Shown here piece by piece: positions 54,432 to 64,000 of a stretch of DNA of 64,000 nucleotides; within the stretch, counting starts at the first letter, position 1; every line of letters begins with the position of its first letter. The position numbers and the translations under genes were made by a program. The stretch is from an uncultured cyanobacterium. GTDB lineage: Bacteria > Cyanobacteriota > Cyanobacteriia > CAKZMO01. Location: assembly GCA_963719515.1 (NCBI GenBank), contig CAVRCJ010000001.1, positions 64,001 to 128,000 on the forward strand, read 5' to 3'. The notes beneath the pieces are model-generated. The model searched no databases and had not been told where the DNA came from. It saw only the letters and a program-made list of their open reading frames with translations.

Positions 54432-55208
54432 CTACAAGAAGAGCAGCAAAACCGTGTAAGCAAAAGCGCCCAAAGCAAACGCCGAAAACTTACTCTGCCG
54501 CTCCTCTGGAAGCTCCTCCTTAAGCACATTGAGAATAATGCTGCCCGCTAAGAACGAGAACAGCAGGGATATCCCGATCTCCGATATCTCACTGCCCCAG
54601 CCCACCACAGATCCCGCAATAATTGCCGCTGCCACAATCCACCGCCCGCTGTGGCGGTAGGCGCTGGGATAATCCTGACTTAGACCAAAATCATTCACAA
54701 CAAAGTGTAGGGCCATCACCAGCGTGTAGACCAGCAGGTCACCTAGCCCCGGTTCTTCTCGGTGAAAGAGCGAATAGCCAATCAAAGCGTTGTAAAGTGC
54801 AAAAGAGCCAATGTGCAGCCAATAAATTCCTGGGTTAACGTCTTCTGACCCTTCATCCTGCTGTGCCTGAAAGTCTATGACGACCCGCTCCAAACCGTAA
54901 AAGGTCGTCATGCCAACCAAGGCCATAATGTACAGATGCTTTTCGATCCAGCCTAGCCCAGTCCCTACAAACGACGCCTGCATCTCACTCAGCTCTGGTA
55001 AGAGATGAACAAATACGTAGGCCACAGAAACGCCGCTCGCTCCCGACAGACACCGGCTTCTGGGACGGGTGCCAATAAACTTCAGCTTATTGACGAATAA
55101 GTGAGTGAGGGCCAGGGCGATCGCGCAAAGCCCCGATTGAACGATGTAGTTTGCGCTTGTCTCGGCAGCGCCGGATACGGCAATCAGCATGACTTCCTTT
55201 ATTCCCAA
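54432..55208 (-). CDS. ZIP-like polytopic membrane protein
   Basis: GVSVAYVFVHLLPEL, HF, NVLKEELP; start uncertain. Confidence 0.7.
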   Translation of the reverse strand: MGIKEVMLIAVSGAAETSANYIVQSGLCAIALALTHLFVNKLKFIGTRPRSRCLSGASGVSVAYVFVHLLPELSEMQASFVGTGLGWIEKHLYIMALVGMTTFYGLERVVIDFQAQQDEGSEDVNPGIYWLHIGSFALYNALIGYSLFHREEPGLGDLLVYTLVMALHFVVNDFGLSQDYPSAYRHSGRWIVAAAIIAGSVVGWGSEISEIGISLLFSFLAGSIILNVLKEELPEERQSKFSAFALGAFAYTVLLLFL

Positions 55209-55269
55209 GCGCGTTGGTTTATCATTTTAGCTGGAGGTGAGGAAAGTATTAAGGGCGATCGCCTTCAAG

Positions 55270-56010
55270 CTAACGCTCCAGTTCCAGCAAAGCCCGCTTG
55301 CGCTCTAATCCCCACCGATAGCCCCCCAAACCGCCATCCTCTCGCACAATGCGGTGACAGGGCACTAGCACAGCAACCGTGTTGGCACCACAGGCCGAGG
55401 CTACCGCACGCGTCGCTTTGGGCTTACCCACCGCCTCAGCCAGCTTCCCGTAGCTCAGAGTCTCCCCCCCCTCCATGCTGAGCAGAAACCGCCACACCAG
55501 CATCTGAAACGCCGTCCCCCGCAGGTCTAGCGGCAGATCTGGGCGCGGTGTCCGCTGGGTCAGATGGGCGTCGAGCGCTGCTATCCACTCATTCAGTGGC
55601 CCGCTCTCACTGGCCTCTGAGACGCTGATGTCTGCCTTCGGAAACTCGGTCTTAAGCTGCTCCAGCAGCATTTCCCCATCTTCGTTAAAAGCGACAAAAC
55701 ATACGCCCCGCTCCGTCGCCGCCATCATCATCAAGCCCAGCGCCGTCTGCCGCAGCGCGTAGTAAATCACCTCGCCCTCCCGCGACGCTTCGGTAGGGCG
55801 ACAGCGCTTGCAGGGCCGAAACCCAGCGGCGATCGCCGTCTCGCAGGTGGAATAAAACCGCACGTTCTGCCGCAGTGGCGTCCGCGCCGAGCAGGAGGGC
55901 CGGCAAAAGATTCCGGTGGTCACCACGGCGCAGACAAACTGACCGTCGAAAGCGGCGTCTCTGCTGGCGATCGCCGCCCACATGGCGTCATCGGTTGCTC
56001 GCTGCCCCAT
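55270..56010 (-). CDS. ada: Ada Zn domain fused to O6-methylguanine-DNA methyltransferase
   Basis: CRPSC and CKRC; VPCHR active site; no AraC HTH between them. Confidence 0.85.
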   Translation of the reverse strand: MGQRATDDAMWAAIASRDAAFDGQFVCAVVTTGIFCRPSCSARTPLRQNVRFYSTCETAIAAGFRPCKRCRPTEASREGEVIYYALRQTALGLMMMAATERGVCFVAFNEDGEMLLEQLKTEFPKADISVSEASESGPLNEWIAALDAHLTQRTPRPDLPLDLRGTAFQMLVWRFLLSMEGGETLSYGKLAEAVGKPKATRAVASACGANTVAVLVPCHRIVREDGGLGGYRWGLERKRALLELER

Positions 56011-56292
56011 CGCTCACCGTCTCCTTGCCCTTACACAAAGTCTCTCATTAGACTACAGCCTTGCCCTCATCCTCGCACTCCGCTTCTTGTCGCGTAATTT
56101 GTGGGGGTGGGTTTGGGCAGCACCCAGCTCAGATTAGGAGGTACTTTTCTCATGAAGAAGATCAATGCCGATGCGATAACAGCTGTTTTCGGATTTACAC
56201 ACTCTTAATTAATATTACTGAGATTGTTTTGCTGTCTTTGTATAATATGTGAAAAAATAAAAGTGGACTACTGAAGTGAACAGAAAAAACTA

Positions 56293-56835
56293 ATGAAAAA
56301 GTACATCAAAACGCTTGCGGTCACTGCTGCTGTTGTCGCGACGGCTGCGATCGCGGCTCCTGCTGCTTTTGCTTTCGACTTCCGTGGAAGCGTATCGGGT
56401 ACCTCAGGAGAGTCGTTCTCGTTCGACTTTGATGCAGACGTGGCGGGCGACGGAGATAGCTTGACCAATCTGACAAATTTTGGAAATTTGTCATTTGAAT
56501 GGATTCGGCTTTAGTTAAATCCGGACTCTCTGAGCAGACGGCTCGTCTCCCTGAGATATTTGGCTCAAACGATGTTTTAGACGTTTCTTTATCTGGGGGA
56601 ATTGGGAATCTCTTTGCATTCAATGATGCCGCTTCCGACGGATTTTACGTAGCAGAAAGGATCTTTTCGGGATCATTCCAGAAGGATTTTTATCGCTTCG
56701 TCAACCTCTGTCGTCGCCCTTGACACTTCCACCCCCACAGATAAGATCCCGACTCCCGCGCTCCTCCCTGGCCTCATCGGCATGGGCATTGCCGCCATCC
56801 GCAAGCGTGGCCAGCCGAAAGCCGAAGAAGCATAG
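56293..56835 (+). CDS. PTPA-CTERM sorting-domain surface protein with two compensating indels
   Basis: Signal peptide; C-terminal IPTPALLPGLIGMGIAAIRKR; frame changes near 56500 and 56690. Confidence 0.8.
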
Positions 56836-56910
56836 ATCGACCTACTGCTTCGGCCCAGTTGCTTAGAACAATGCAGACGGCAAGCCTCAGTGTTTCATAG
56901 GTTACTGGGC

Positions 56911-56947
56911 AGCAGGTCCCGGCGTCCCCACGGTCGTCGGGACTGCT
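56911..56947. terminator. Stem-loop between PTPA-CTERM gene and cassette B
   Basis: AGCAGGTCCCGGCG...CGTCGGGACTGCT. Confidence 0.5.
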
Positions 56948-56957
56948 TCGATTAGAC

Positions 56958-56986
56958 TTGCCCTCTGACCGCGAATAGTGTAAATT
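56958..56986 (+). promoter_or_regulatory. Putative sigma70 promoter of cassette B
   Basis: TTGCCC-N17-TAAATT. Confidence 0.6.
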
Positions 56987-56992
56987 TTACGC

Positions 56993-57207
56993 TTGAGAGC
57001 TGCAACCCGCAGCTTAGCTCCCAAGACTTTGGTCATAAACGGCGACGACCGTTGCTGGAGACAGCGATCGCCGCCTGACCCCCAAGACAGGACAGAGCTG
57101 TCCGGGCGCTATGGGCATTGTCCCATGGCCATCCCGAACACCCAACGTCGCAGGGATGGCCAAGGCTTGGGTTTCCTACCCATCAACGCAAAACAGGAAC
57201 CCAAACC
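56993..57207 (+). ncRNA. Putative structured 5' leader RNA, copy B
   Basis: Same hairpin series as 32065..32279 with a compensatory change. Confidence 0.6.
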
Positions 57208-57486
57208 GTGACATTTTTATACCCCGAACAGCCCCTCGACCGCGAGGCGGCACTGATTCGCCTAGACCAAATTCCGCCCCAGCCCGACGGCGAGGTGGTG
57301 CGTCACCTGCTCATCGGCTCCCCCGAGGGCATCCGCGAAACCATCCACCTCATGCACATCAACCGCTACTACGTCGAGCAGGGCCTGTGGACCGGACCGG
57401 TGGACATTGGCCCCGACGGCGTGAGGCTGAGCCGCCGGGAAGGGCAGGTGTTGGCCTACCTAATGCGCCAGCGCGGGCTGCAGTAG
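57208..57486 (+). CDS. Small hypothetical protein, copy B (RH.LIGSPEGIRE family)
   Basis: GTG start aligns with ATG of copy A (MTFLYPEQP). Confidence 0.85.
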   Translation: MTFLYPEQPLDREAALIRLDQIPPQPDGEVVRHLLIGSPEGIRETIHLMHINRYYVEQGLWTGPVDIGPDGVRLSRREGQVLAYLMRQRGLQ

Positions 57487-57514
57487 CCTAAACGCCGGCC
57501 AGGGCGGTGCTGGC

Positions 57515-58604
57515 TTACCACAGGTGGCACTGCCCGTGGTCGCGCAGCAGATGGTCACAAAGCACCAGGGCCATCATCGCCTCCACCATGGGCACCGCCC
57601 GAGGCAGCACGCAGGGGTCATGTCGCCCCCGCGCCGCCAGCACCGTATCTTCCCCCTCGCGGGTCACCGTGTTCTGCTGCTTGCGAATCGTGGCCGTCGG
57701 CTTAAAAGCGACGCGAATCACCACCGGCTCCCCGTTGCTGATGCCCCCCTGCACCCCCCCCGAGCGGTTGGTGCGGGTGCGGGTGTTCCCCGCCTCGTCG
57801 ATATAAAATTCGTCGTTGTGCTCGCTGCCGGTCATCGTCGTCCCGGCAAACCCCGAGCCAATCTCGAAGCCCTTACTGGCGGGCAGCGACATCACACCCT
57901 TGGCTAGGTCAGCCTCCAGCTTATCGAACACCGGAGCCCCCAAACCACGCGGCACCGAGCGGGCCACACATTCCACCACGCCACCGATGGAGTCTCCCGG
58001 CGCGCCCCGTTTGCTCAATCAGATCGATCATCCGCTCGGCGCAGTCGGCGTCAGGGCAGCGGACGATGTTGCTCTCCACCTGCTCTAGAGTGACGGTGGC
58101 GGGGTCTACGACCCCTTCTAGGGTCTGAATGCGCTTCACGTAGCCCACGATTTCCACGCCCGCCGCCTGACGAAGAATTTTTTTGGCGATCGCCCCTGCT
58201 GCCACCCGGCCAATGGTCTCCCGCGCCGAGGAGCGTCCCCCGCCCTGCCAGTTGCGAATGCCGTACTTAGCGTCGTAGGTGGCGTCCGCGTGGGAGGGGC
58301 GGTAGGCCGTCTGCATCTCGGTGTAGTCCTGAGAGCGGGTGTCTTTGTTGCGCACCAGGATAGAAATAGGCGTCCCTGTGGTTTGGCCCTGAAACACCCC
58401 CGACAAAATCTCGCAGGTATCTGACTCTTTGCGCGGCGTGGTGATTTTACTTTGGCCCGGACGGCGGCGGTCTAGGTCAAACTGGATTTCTTCCGCCGAA
58501 AGCTCTAAGCGAGGCGGACAGCCATCTACCGTGACGCCGACTCCGCCCCCGTGGGACTCTCCAAAAGTGGTGATCCGAAACAGCTGTCCAAAAGTGTTGC
58601 CCAT
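57515..58604 (-). CDS. aroC: Chorismate synthase, apparent frameshift near 57997
   Basis: [33 protein letters not shown]. Confidence 0.96.
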
Positions 58605-58708
58605 GCATCAGTACCCAACGGCGCTCTCGATCTTACCGCAGCTTCTGATCGTTTGAGCGCGATCGCAGCGGGGCCAACCGCCAAAAACAGGCGAGAGCGC
58701 GGGTGAAT

Positions 58709-59134
58709 TCAGTACTTATCCGGGAGCGCTTCTTGGTAAGTGGTTTCTTTTCCCAATAGCTCAGGGTAGGGCTCAGTCGCCGGCAGGTTTTTCTGGTCAG
58801 CAGTGGAAATATGTCCGGTATAAAAGGCCCCCGGTTCAATGTCCAAAGAGCTCGCGGTTACATCTCCCTCCAAGCGAGCCGTTCGGCTCAAGCTCAGGCG
58901 GCCCTGAACGAACACGCTGGACTTGATGACGCCATGCACCACCAAATTGTTGACCCGTAGCTCCGGCCCTTCCACCAAACCGCTTTGAGAAACCTCCATA
59001 TCGCCAATCACCTCAACAGTACCGTGAATGATACCGTCAACCCGCAGATTACCATCGACGTGAAGATCCCCTTGAAACTCGCTCTTCGCGCCTAGATACG
59101 TAATCGAGGACGCCTGCTGCTTACGCCAAATCAT
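58709..59134 (-). CDS. Bactofilin (polymer-forming cytoskeletal protein)
   Basis: FQGDL...GNLRVDG.I.G beta-helix repeats, IEPGA..TG. Confidence 0.9.
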   Translation of the reverse strand: MIWRKQQASSITYLGAKSEFQGDLHVDGNLRVDGIIHGTVEVIGDMEVSQSGLVEGPELRVNNLVVHGVIKSSVFVQGRLSLSRTARLEGDVTASSLDIEPGAFYTGHISTADQKNLPATEPYPELLGKETTYQEALPDKY

Positions 59135-59238
59135 TCACTTACCTCGCGCTTCAAATTTGGTTGATGTCCGCTCTGCCGCCAAGCGTATCAAACCGTCCCC
59201 CTAAATATAGCCCGCTTCCCCTGATAGAGCGCCATGAG

Positions 59239-60096
59239 CTAGGGATTGTAGTTCAATAAATCTTGAGGGTCGACGGCTTTTTCGTTGTAGTACACGGTGT
59301 AGTGGAGATGCGGCCCGGTCGAGCGCCCTGTGCTGCCGATACGACCCACTATATCCTCGCGCTCCACGGCATCTCCCGCCGCCACCGTCATTTGCGATAG
59401 GTGGGCATAAAGCGTCTTATAGCCGTAGCCGTGGTCAATAACGACGTGACGTCCGTAGCCTCGGCTAGAGATGGCCTTCTCCACCGTTCCTGCCCCCGTC
59501 GAATGGACCGGCGTGCCGGTAGGGCCAGGGAAGTCAATCCCGTTGTGCAGCTCATACCCCCGGCCAAAGGGATTAGCGCGAACGCCAAACTTTGAAGAAA
59601 TGCGGCTGCCTTTAACCGGTCGTCCTGTGGGGAGGGCCGCTGCCTGCGCTTCCTCTTCCTCTAAGGTGTCGGTCAGCGCTGGCTTGACCTGGCGGTGTAG
59701 CCTGAGGGAGACCGAGGGAAGCTGATGCTCTGCAGCTGCCAAAACTTCCTCCGGCGTCAGCTCATTGGGAATTCCCCCGCGCGATCGCTGAGTACCCCGA
59801 TCCTCATCGTCTTCAGAAAGTCCGGCCCGCTCTTCTAGACGGTCAATCTCTGCATCGATCTGATTGAGCGCCTTGGCAACGTCGCTGGCGGTCTCGCTGA
59901 GATCGCTGTTTCGCTGAGTCAGCGCCTGGTTCTCCTGGTGGAGCTGGTAGATTCTACCGAATAGTAGCCCTAGGGGCGTGAGGGTCAATGCAGCAAGCAG
60001 GAGCATTAGCGGCAGAGGTTTAACCGACAGCACCAGCGGATGCTGCCCGGTCTGGGTCACCAAAACGGTGCAGTTTTTGGGGGTAGAACGGCGCAT
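59239..60096 (-). CDS. M23 family peptidoglycan endopeptidase
   Basis: TM plus coiled coil; HNGID, YAHL, STGPHLH. Confidence 0.93.
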   Translation of the reverse strand: MRRSTPKNCTVLVTQTGQHPLVLSVKPLPLMLLLAALTLTPLGLLFGRIYQLHQENQALTQRNSDLSETASDVAKALNQIDAEIDRLEERAGLSEDDEDRGTQRSRGGIPNELTPEEVLAAAEHQLPSVSLRLHRQVKPALTDTLEEEEAQAAALPTGRPVKGSRISSKFGVRANPFGRGYELHNGIDFPGPTGTPVHSTGAGTVEKAISSRGYGRHVVIDHGYGYKTLYAHLSQMTVAAGDAVEREDIVGRIGSTGRSTGPHLHYTVYYNEKAVDPQDLLNYNP

Positions 60097-60324
60097 TTAC
60101 TTGGGACAAGGTAAGCCAATAGGTCAGCTTCGAAAAGCTTCGGGGATCATATCAAATTTTGGGTTCACTATTGCATTGGTTTAGCTGCTTAGGACACCAG
60201 AATCGGCTGAAAGCCTGACGTTATGTAGGCAACCGAACGCGCAAATGTCCCAATACATCAGGGCATTTGCTATAAGCTCTAAATGCTGCAGGGCTATTTT
60301 AGACTCGCTCTCACAACAGCACAG

Positions 60325-60360
60325 AAGCGCCCCCTCCAAAAGAGATTGGAGGGGGCGCTT
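60325..60360. terminator. psbA terminator hairpin
   Basis: AAGCGCCCCCTCCAA...TTGGAGGGGGCGCTT. Confidence 0.8.
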
Positions 60361-60411
60361 CTGCTACGTCTGTCTGACCTGCAGCAAGCTCAGACTAACT
60401 GCAATGGGGGG

Positions 60412-61473
60412 TTAGCCTTTAATGGCAGGTGCCTCAGCAGCAGCAAGGTCAAGCGGGAAGTTGTGAGCGTTGCGCTCGTGCATCACTTCCATACCTAGGT
60501 TGGCGCGGTTGATGATGTCCGCCCAGGTGTTGATGACCCGGCCCTGGCTGTCTAGAACAGACTGGTTGAAGTTGAACCCGTTCAGGTTGAACGCCATCGT
60601 GCTGATGCCCAGCGCCGTGAACCAGATGCCTACGACAGGCCATGCGCCCAAGAAGAAGTGCAGTGCCCGTGAGTTGTTGAACGATGCATATTGGAAGATC
60701 AGGCGGCCGAAGTAGCCGTGCGCTGCAACGATGTTGTAGGTCTCTTCTTCTTGCCCGAACTTGTAGCCGTAGTTCTGCGACTCAGACTCAGTCGTCTCTC
60801 GCACCAGTGAAGAGGTCACCAGTGAACCGTGCATCGCGCTGAATAGTGCGCCGCCGAAGACGCCTGCCACTCCCAGCATGTGGAAGGGGTGCATCAGAAT
60901 GTTGTGCTCGGCCTGGAACACGAACATGAAGTTGAACGTGCCCGAGATGCCCAGCGGCATGCCGTCAGAGAATGAACCCTGGCCGATGGGGTAGATGAGG
61001 AAGACTGCCGTTGCTGACGCTAGAGGCGCGCTGTAGGCAACGCAAATCCAAGGGCGCATGCCCAACCGGTAAGACAGCTCCCACTGACGACCCATGTAGG
61101 CAAAAACGCCAATTAGGAAGTGGAATACCACTAGCTGGTAAGGTCCGCCGTTGTACAGCCACTCGTCAAGTGATGCTGCTTCCCAGATGGGGTAGAAGTG
61201 TAGGCCGATGGCGTTGGATGACGGAACAATTGCACCAGAGATGATGTTGTTACCGTACATCAGTGAACCTGCAACAGGCTCGCGGATGCCGTCGATGTCG
61301 ACGGGAGGCGCTGCAACGAATGCAATCAAGAAGCAGATGGTTGCGGTTAGCAAAGTCGGAATCATCAGGACGCCGAACCAACCGACATAGATGCGGTTGT
61401 TGGTGCTGGTGACCCAGTCGCAAAACCGCTCCCATACGTTAGCGCCAGAGCGCTGCTGTAAAGAAGTAGTCAT
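60412..61473 (-). CDS. psbA: Photosystem II D1 protein (Q130 form, 353 aa)
   Basis: Complete D1 with normal Mn-cluster ligands; ends [17 protein letters not shown]. Confidence 0.99.
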   Translation of the reverse strand: MTTSLQQRSGANVWERFCDWVTSTNNRIYVGWFGVLMIPTLLTATICFLIAFVAAPPVDIDGIREPVAGSLMYGNNIISGAIVPSSNAIGLHFYPIWEAASLDEWLYNGGPYQLVVFHFLIGVFAYMGRQWELSYRLGMRPWICVAYSAPLASATAVFLIYPIGQGSFSDGMPLGISGTFNFMFVFQAEHNILMHPFHMLGVAGVFGGALFSAMHGSLVTSSLVRETTESESQNYGYKFGQEEETYNIVAAHGYFGRLIFQYASFNNSRALHFFLGAWPVVGIWFTALGISTMAFNLNGFNFNQSVLDSQGRVINTWADIINRANLGMEVMHERNAHNFPLDLAAAEAPAIKG

Positions 61474-61627
61474 GATTAAGTAATCCAGGTATGTTGCTAT
61501 TTACAAAGATGTATAGTCGAACCCAATTCCGAGATATTTGGAACTGGGCTGCTCACCGATTATTTTATTAAGACTTAAAAGGTTTTTTGACGATCGCTCT
61601 TACAAACTTCACCTTTTTTCAAAAAAG

Positions 61628-62764
61628 TTAGTTAACTTGCGTAAAGAGCTGACTGATAGTTTGGGCGGCGGCGGCCTGAAGTGCCTGGTAGGTATAGACC
61701 TTCTCTCGGATGTGCTGGCATTGCTCCTCGTAGCGATCGCCGATCCAGCTCACCAGCGCCAGCAGAGATGCTATGCACTGCTCCGTTGGGGCCAGCGTAT
61801 CGGTGCGCATCGTGAACAGCTCTAGGTCCATGCTGGCCATGTGGTCATAGCATTTGGGCGCATAGCTCAACAGAATGGCGGGCACCCCGCAGGCATGGGC
61901 GGCGACCGCAGCGTGGAGGCGTTGTCCGATCAGAAGGTCGCAGCTTTTCAGATAGGCCAGGGTGTCTGGGATGTCGCTGGCGAGGCGGCAGGGAAAGGGC
62001 CGCTCAAAGACCTGCAGCAGCGCCTCAGCGATCTGCTCAGCGATCGCCTGGTCGGTGTCGTTGAGGGCCAGAAACTCCACCCACCAGCCCTGTCGATGGA
62101 GGGCGAAGCAAAGGCTTTGAACGGTCTGATTGATTGTCTCTTGGTCGCCCCACTGGATGCCGTGACTACCCACGTTGATGGTGACTCTGCGGGTGCGCCG
62201 ATAGGTCGCTCGTGGCGTATCAATAGAGAGCGCCGGGTCGCCGATCACCAGAGGCTCTAGGCCAAACGACTGCAGAGCCTTGGCCGAGTTCGGTCCGCGC
62301 ACCCCTAAATAGGTGACGGCCTTGAGCGCTACGGCCCAGTCCGCCATCAGCTGAACGGGGTCAACCTCAGGGTGGTGCCGCTGCCAAAACTCCGGGTCGC
62401 AGACGCCAGTACCAAATACGGCGCAGGCGTAGTCAGACATTGCCTGCTGCAGCCGCGACAAAAAAGCTTCGCGGTTGATTAGCGTGCCGCCGCCCAAGAT
62501 AATGCCGTCGTATAGCGCAGGCTTAAAGACGCGGCGATAGACCTTGAGTCGCTTAGGGAGATTGTATTTGGGGTCCCGGTGGGCGGGCTGCACCGCTCCG
62601 TCGTAGGCGAGCAGCTGCTGTCCCGCAAACAGACGGGCGATCGCCGCAAACAGCAGCTCGTCGCCGAAGTTGCCGTACCCGAGGTAGCCAATATATCCCA
62701 GAGTAGGCTGGGGCCAAAAGTAGTCCCGGCGGTGGCGGAATCTGTTATAGCGCGGGGTTGTCAT
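61628..62764 (-). CDS. Polysaccharide pyruvyl transferase family protein
   Basis: GYLGYGNFGDE, GGGTL, VRG, DPA, RLHA. Confidence 0.88.
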   Translation of the reverse strand: MTTPRYNRFRHRRDYFWPQPTLGYIGYLGYGNFGDELLFAAIARLFAGQQLLAYDGAVQPAHRDPKYNLPKRLKVYRRVFKPALYDGIILGGGTLINREAFLSRLQQAMSDYACAVFGTGVCDPEFWQRHHPEVDPVQLMADWAVALKAVTYLGVRGPNSAKALQSFGLEPLVIGDPALSIDTPRATYRRTRRVTINVGSHGIQWGDQETINQTVQSLCFALHRQGWWVEFLALNDTDQAIAEQIAEALLQVFERPFPCRLASDIPDTLAYLKSCDLLIGQRLHAAVAAHACGVPAILLSYAPKCYDHMASMDLELFTMRTDTLAPTEQCIASLLALVSWIGDRYEEQCQHIREKVYTYQALQAAAAQTISQLFTQVN

Positions 62765-62828
62765 GGCGCTTTAAAAGAGAGATACGATGAACATAAATAG
62801 AGCTATAGGACGCTAAAGGACCAGGGAA

Positions 62829-62859
62829 AACCGCGATACAAAGAGAACCGCGATACAAA
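62829..62859. repeat. Direct repeat with 17-nt period in a divergent intergenic region
   Basis: AACCGCGATACAAA at 62829 and 62846. Confidence 0.7.
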
Positions 62860-62891
62860 AAGGCTGCGATGCAGACGGGACCGGAACGCCG

Positions 62892-63521
62892 ATGAACCTC
62901 TTAGCCCACCTTTGCTTGAGTCACCCCACGCCGGAGTCCTGGTTGGGGAACCTGATGGGCGATTTCATCAAAGGAACGCCTAAAGCAGAGCTGGGCGAGG
63001 GGCTGATTCGCGGCGTTAAGCGCCATCGCGCTATCGATACCTTCACCGATACTCACGCTATTGTGCGCCAAAGCAAACGCCTGATCAGCCCCGAGCGACG
63101 TCGCTTTGCAGGGATTATATTAGATGTAGGCTATGACTACTTCCTCTGCCGTCACTGGCAATCTTATAATCCGATGCCGTTAAGGGCTTTCGTTCAAGTG
63201 GTGTATACCGGGCTAGCCGCCCAGCTGCAGCAGCCTTCATCTCAGGTCGTGCCCCCTGCCTGCCGCCACTCAATTCAGCGGATGATTGCCGGGGATTGGC
63301 TGACATCCTATCAAACGCTGGCGGGCATTGGGATAGCGTTAGATCAAATATCTCAGAGATTGAAGCGGCAAAATACGCTTCGGGGCTCCGTGGAGGAGAT
63401 CCAGGAGAACGACGCTGCCCTAGACCAGTCTTTTCAGCAGTTTTTTCCGGAACTGATTCGACATGTGAACGGTCTCGATGAAGGGTATCGCGATGAAGGG
63501 CATACAGGGCCTCCTTCTTGA
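62892..63521 (+). CDS. acpH: Acyl carrier protein phosphodiesterase
   Basis: MNLLAHLCLS, GNLMGDFIKG, HRAIDTFTDTH, F..FFPEL. Confidence 0.9.
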   Translation: MNLLAHLCLSHPTPESWLGNLMGDFIKGTPKAELGEGLIRGVKRHRAIDTFTDTHAIVRQSKRLISPERRRFAGIILDVGYDYFLCRHWQSYNPMPLRAFVQVVYTGLAAQLQQPSSQVVPPACRHSIQRMIAGDWLTSYQTLAGIGIALDQISQRLKRQNTLRGSVEEIQENDAALDQSFQQFFPELIRHVNGLDEGYRDEGHTGPPS

Positions 63522-63669
63522 GCCTTAGTCAATGGAAGCGTTTTTAGCTGTTTCCCCATCCATGCTCCCCTACAGCACGCTGCGGGGGGAGTTATGTCAA
63601 ACTTAAAGGGTCTGCCGGGCGTGCCATACTGTTGTACTAAGCTTGGCGTAGCCGACCTATCGTCCCCCT

Positions 63670-64000
63670 ATGCTCATCTCCCTTCACGTTGAAAATTTTG
63701 CGCTGGTTGACTCGCTAGACCTGCTATTTGGCCCTGGGCTCAACGTGCTCACTGGAGAAACAGGGGCTGGAAAGTCGATTATTCTCGATGCGATCGATGC
63801 CGTTCTAGGTGGACGGGTGTCAGGGCGAATTGTGCGGGCCGGGGCCGAACGGGGGCTCATTGAGGCCCGCTTTGCCCTAGTGCCCGAGCTGGCTCAGTGG
63901 ATTGCTGAGCAAGAGATTGAGCCCGAGGAAGACGGGGTGATGATATGCCGTCGGGAGCTGACGGCGGGGCGGGGTGGGGTGCGCAACCGCTCGCGGATAA
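63670..64000 (+). CDS. recN: DNA repair protein RecN, 3' end outside window
   Basis: MLISLHVENFALVD...GLNVLTGETGAGKSIILDAI. Confidence 0.95.
   Translation, partial: MLISLHVENFALVDSLDLLFGPGLNVLTGETGAGKSIILDAIDAVLGGRVSGRIVRAGAERGLIEARFALVPELAQWIAEQEIEPEEDGVMICRRELTAGRGGVRNRSRI

Noticed and set aside
56993..57211. 72-aa ORF spanning leader B
   Set aside because: Equivalent frames in copy A contain stops; conservation follows stems, not codons
57515..58604. aroC as pseudogene or programmed frameshift
   Set aside because: Normally essential gene with a single extra base in a short G/C run and no slippery site; similar isolated indels near 2831, 39292, 56500 and 56690 point to sequencing error

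Overview
64-kb chromosomal window from a GC-rich cyanobacterium (dense HIP1 GCGATCGC sites, psbA, ndhD, an OCP N-terminal-domain gene). The 353-aa D1 is compatible with the Nodosilinea/Prochlorothrix group (inference). The flanks (1-31.6 kb and 57.5-64 kb) are mostly conserved genes: smpB, ferredoxin, sbcC-like, ndhD, tRNA-Gln, sppA, pyrC-like, msrA, gloA, eno, aroC, bactofilin-M23, psbA, acpH and recN. The interval ~31.6-57.5 kb is an accessory, partly decaying region with a Zn-export locus, a split ABC exporter, a TetR-P450 pseudo-operon, a LeuA2-type leuA, DMT and ada genes, and several gene remnants. Main unexplained signals: (1) two diverged copies of a promoter + ~215-nt multi-hairpin leader + ~93-aa protein cassette that bracket the accessory region facing outward; (2) four copies of a 58-bp composite palindromic site with identical internal spacing at module junctions; (3) a 392-bp ORF-less IS200/IS605 derivative with a putative promoter and omega-RNA-like body; (4) a Leu-rich leader peptide/attenuator before leuA; (5) an IS insertion that removes half of the ZiaR/SmtB zinc site; (6) a secreted peptide made of three identical 16-aa repeats. 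Several single-base frameshifts, including one in aroC, look like assembly errors. All calls were made by eye without database searches.
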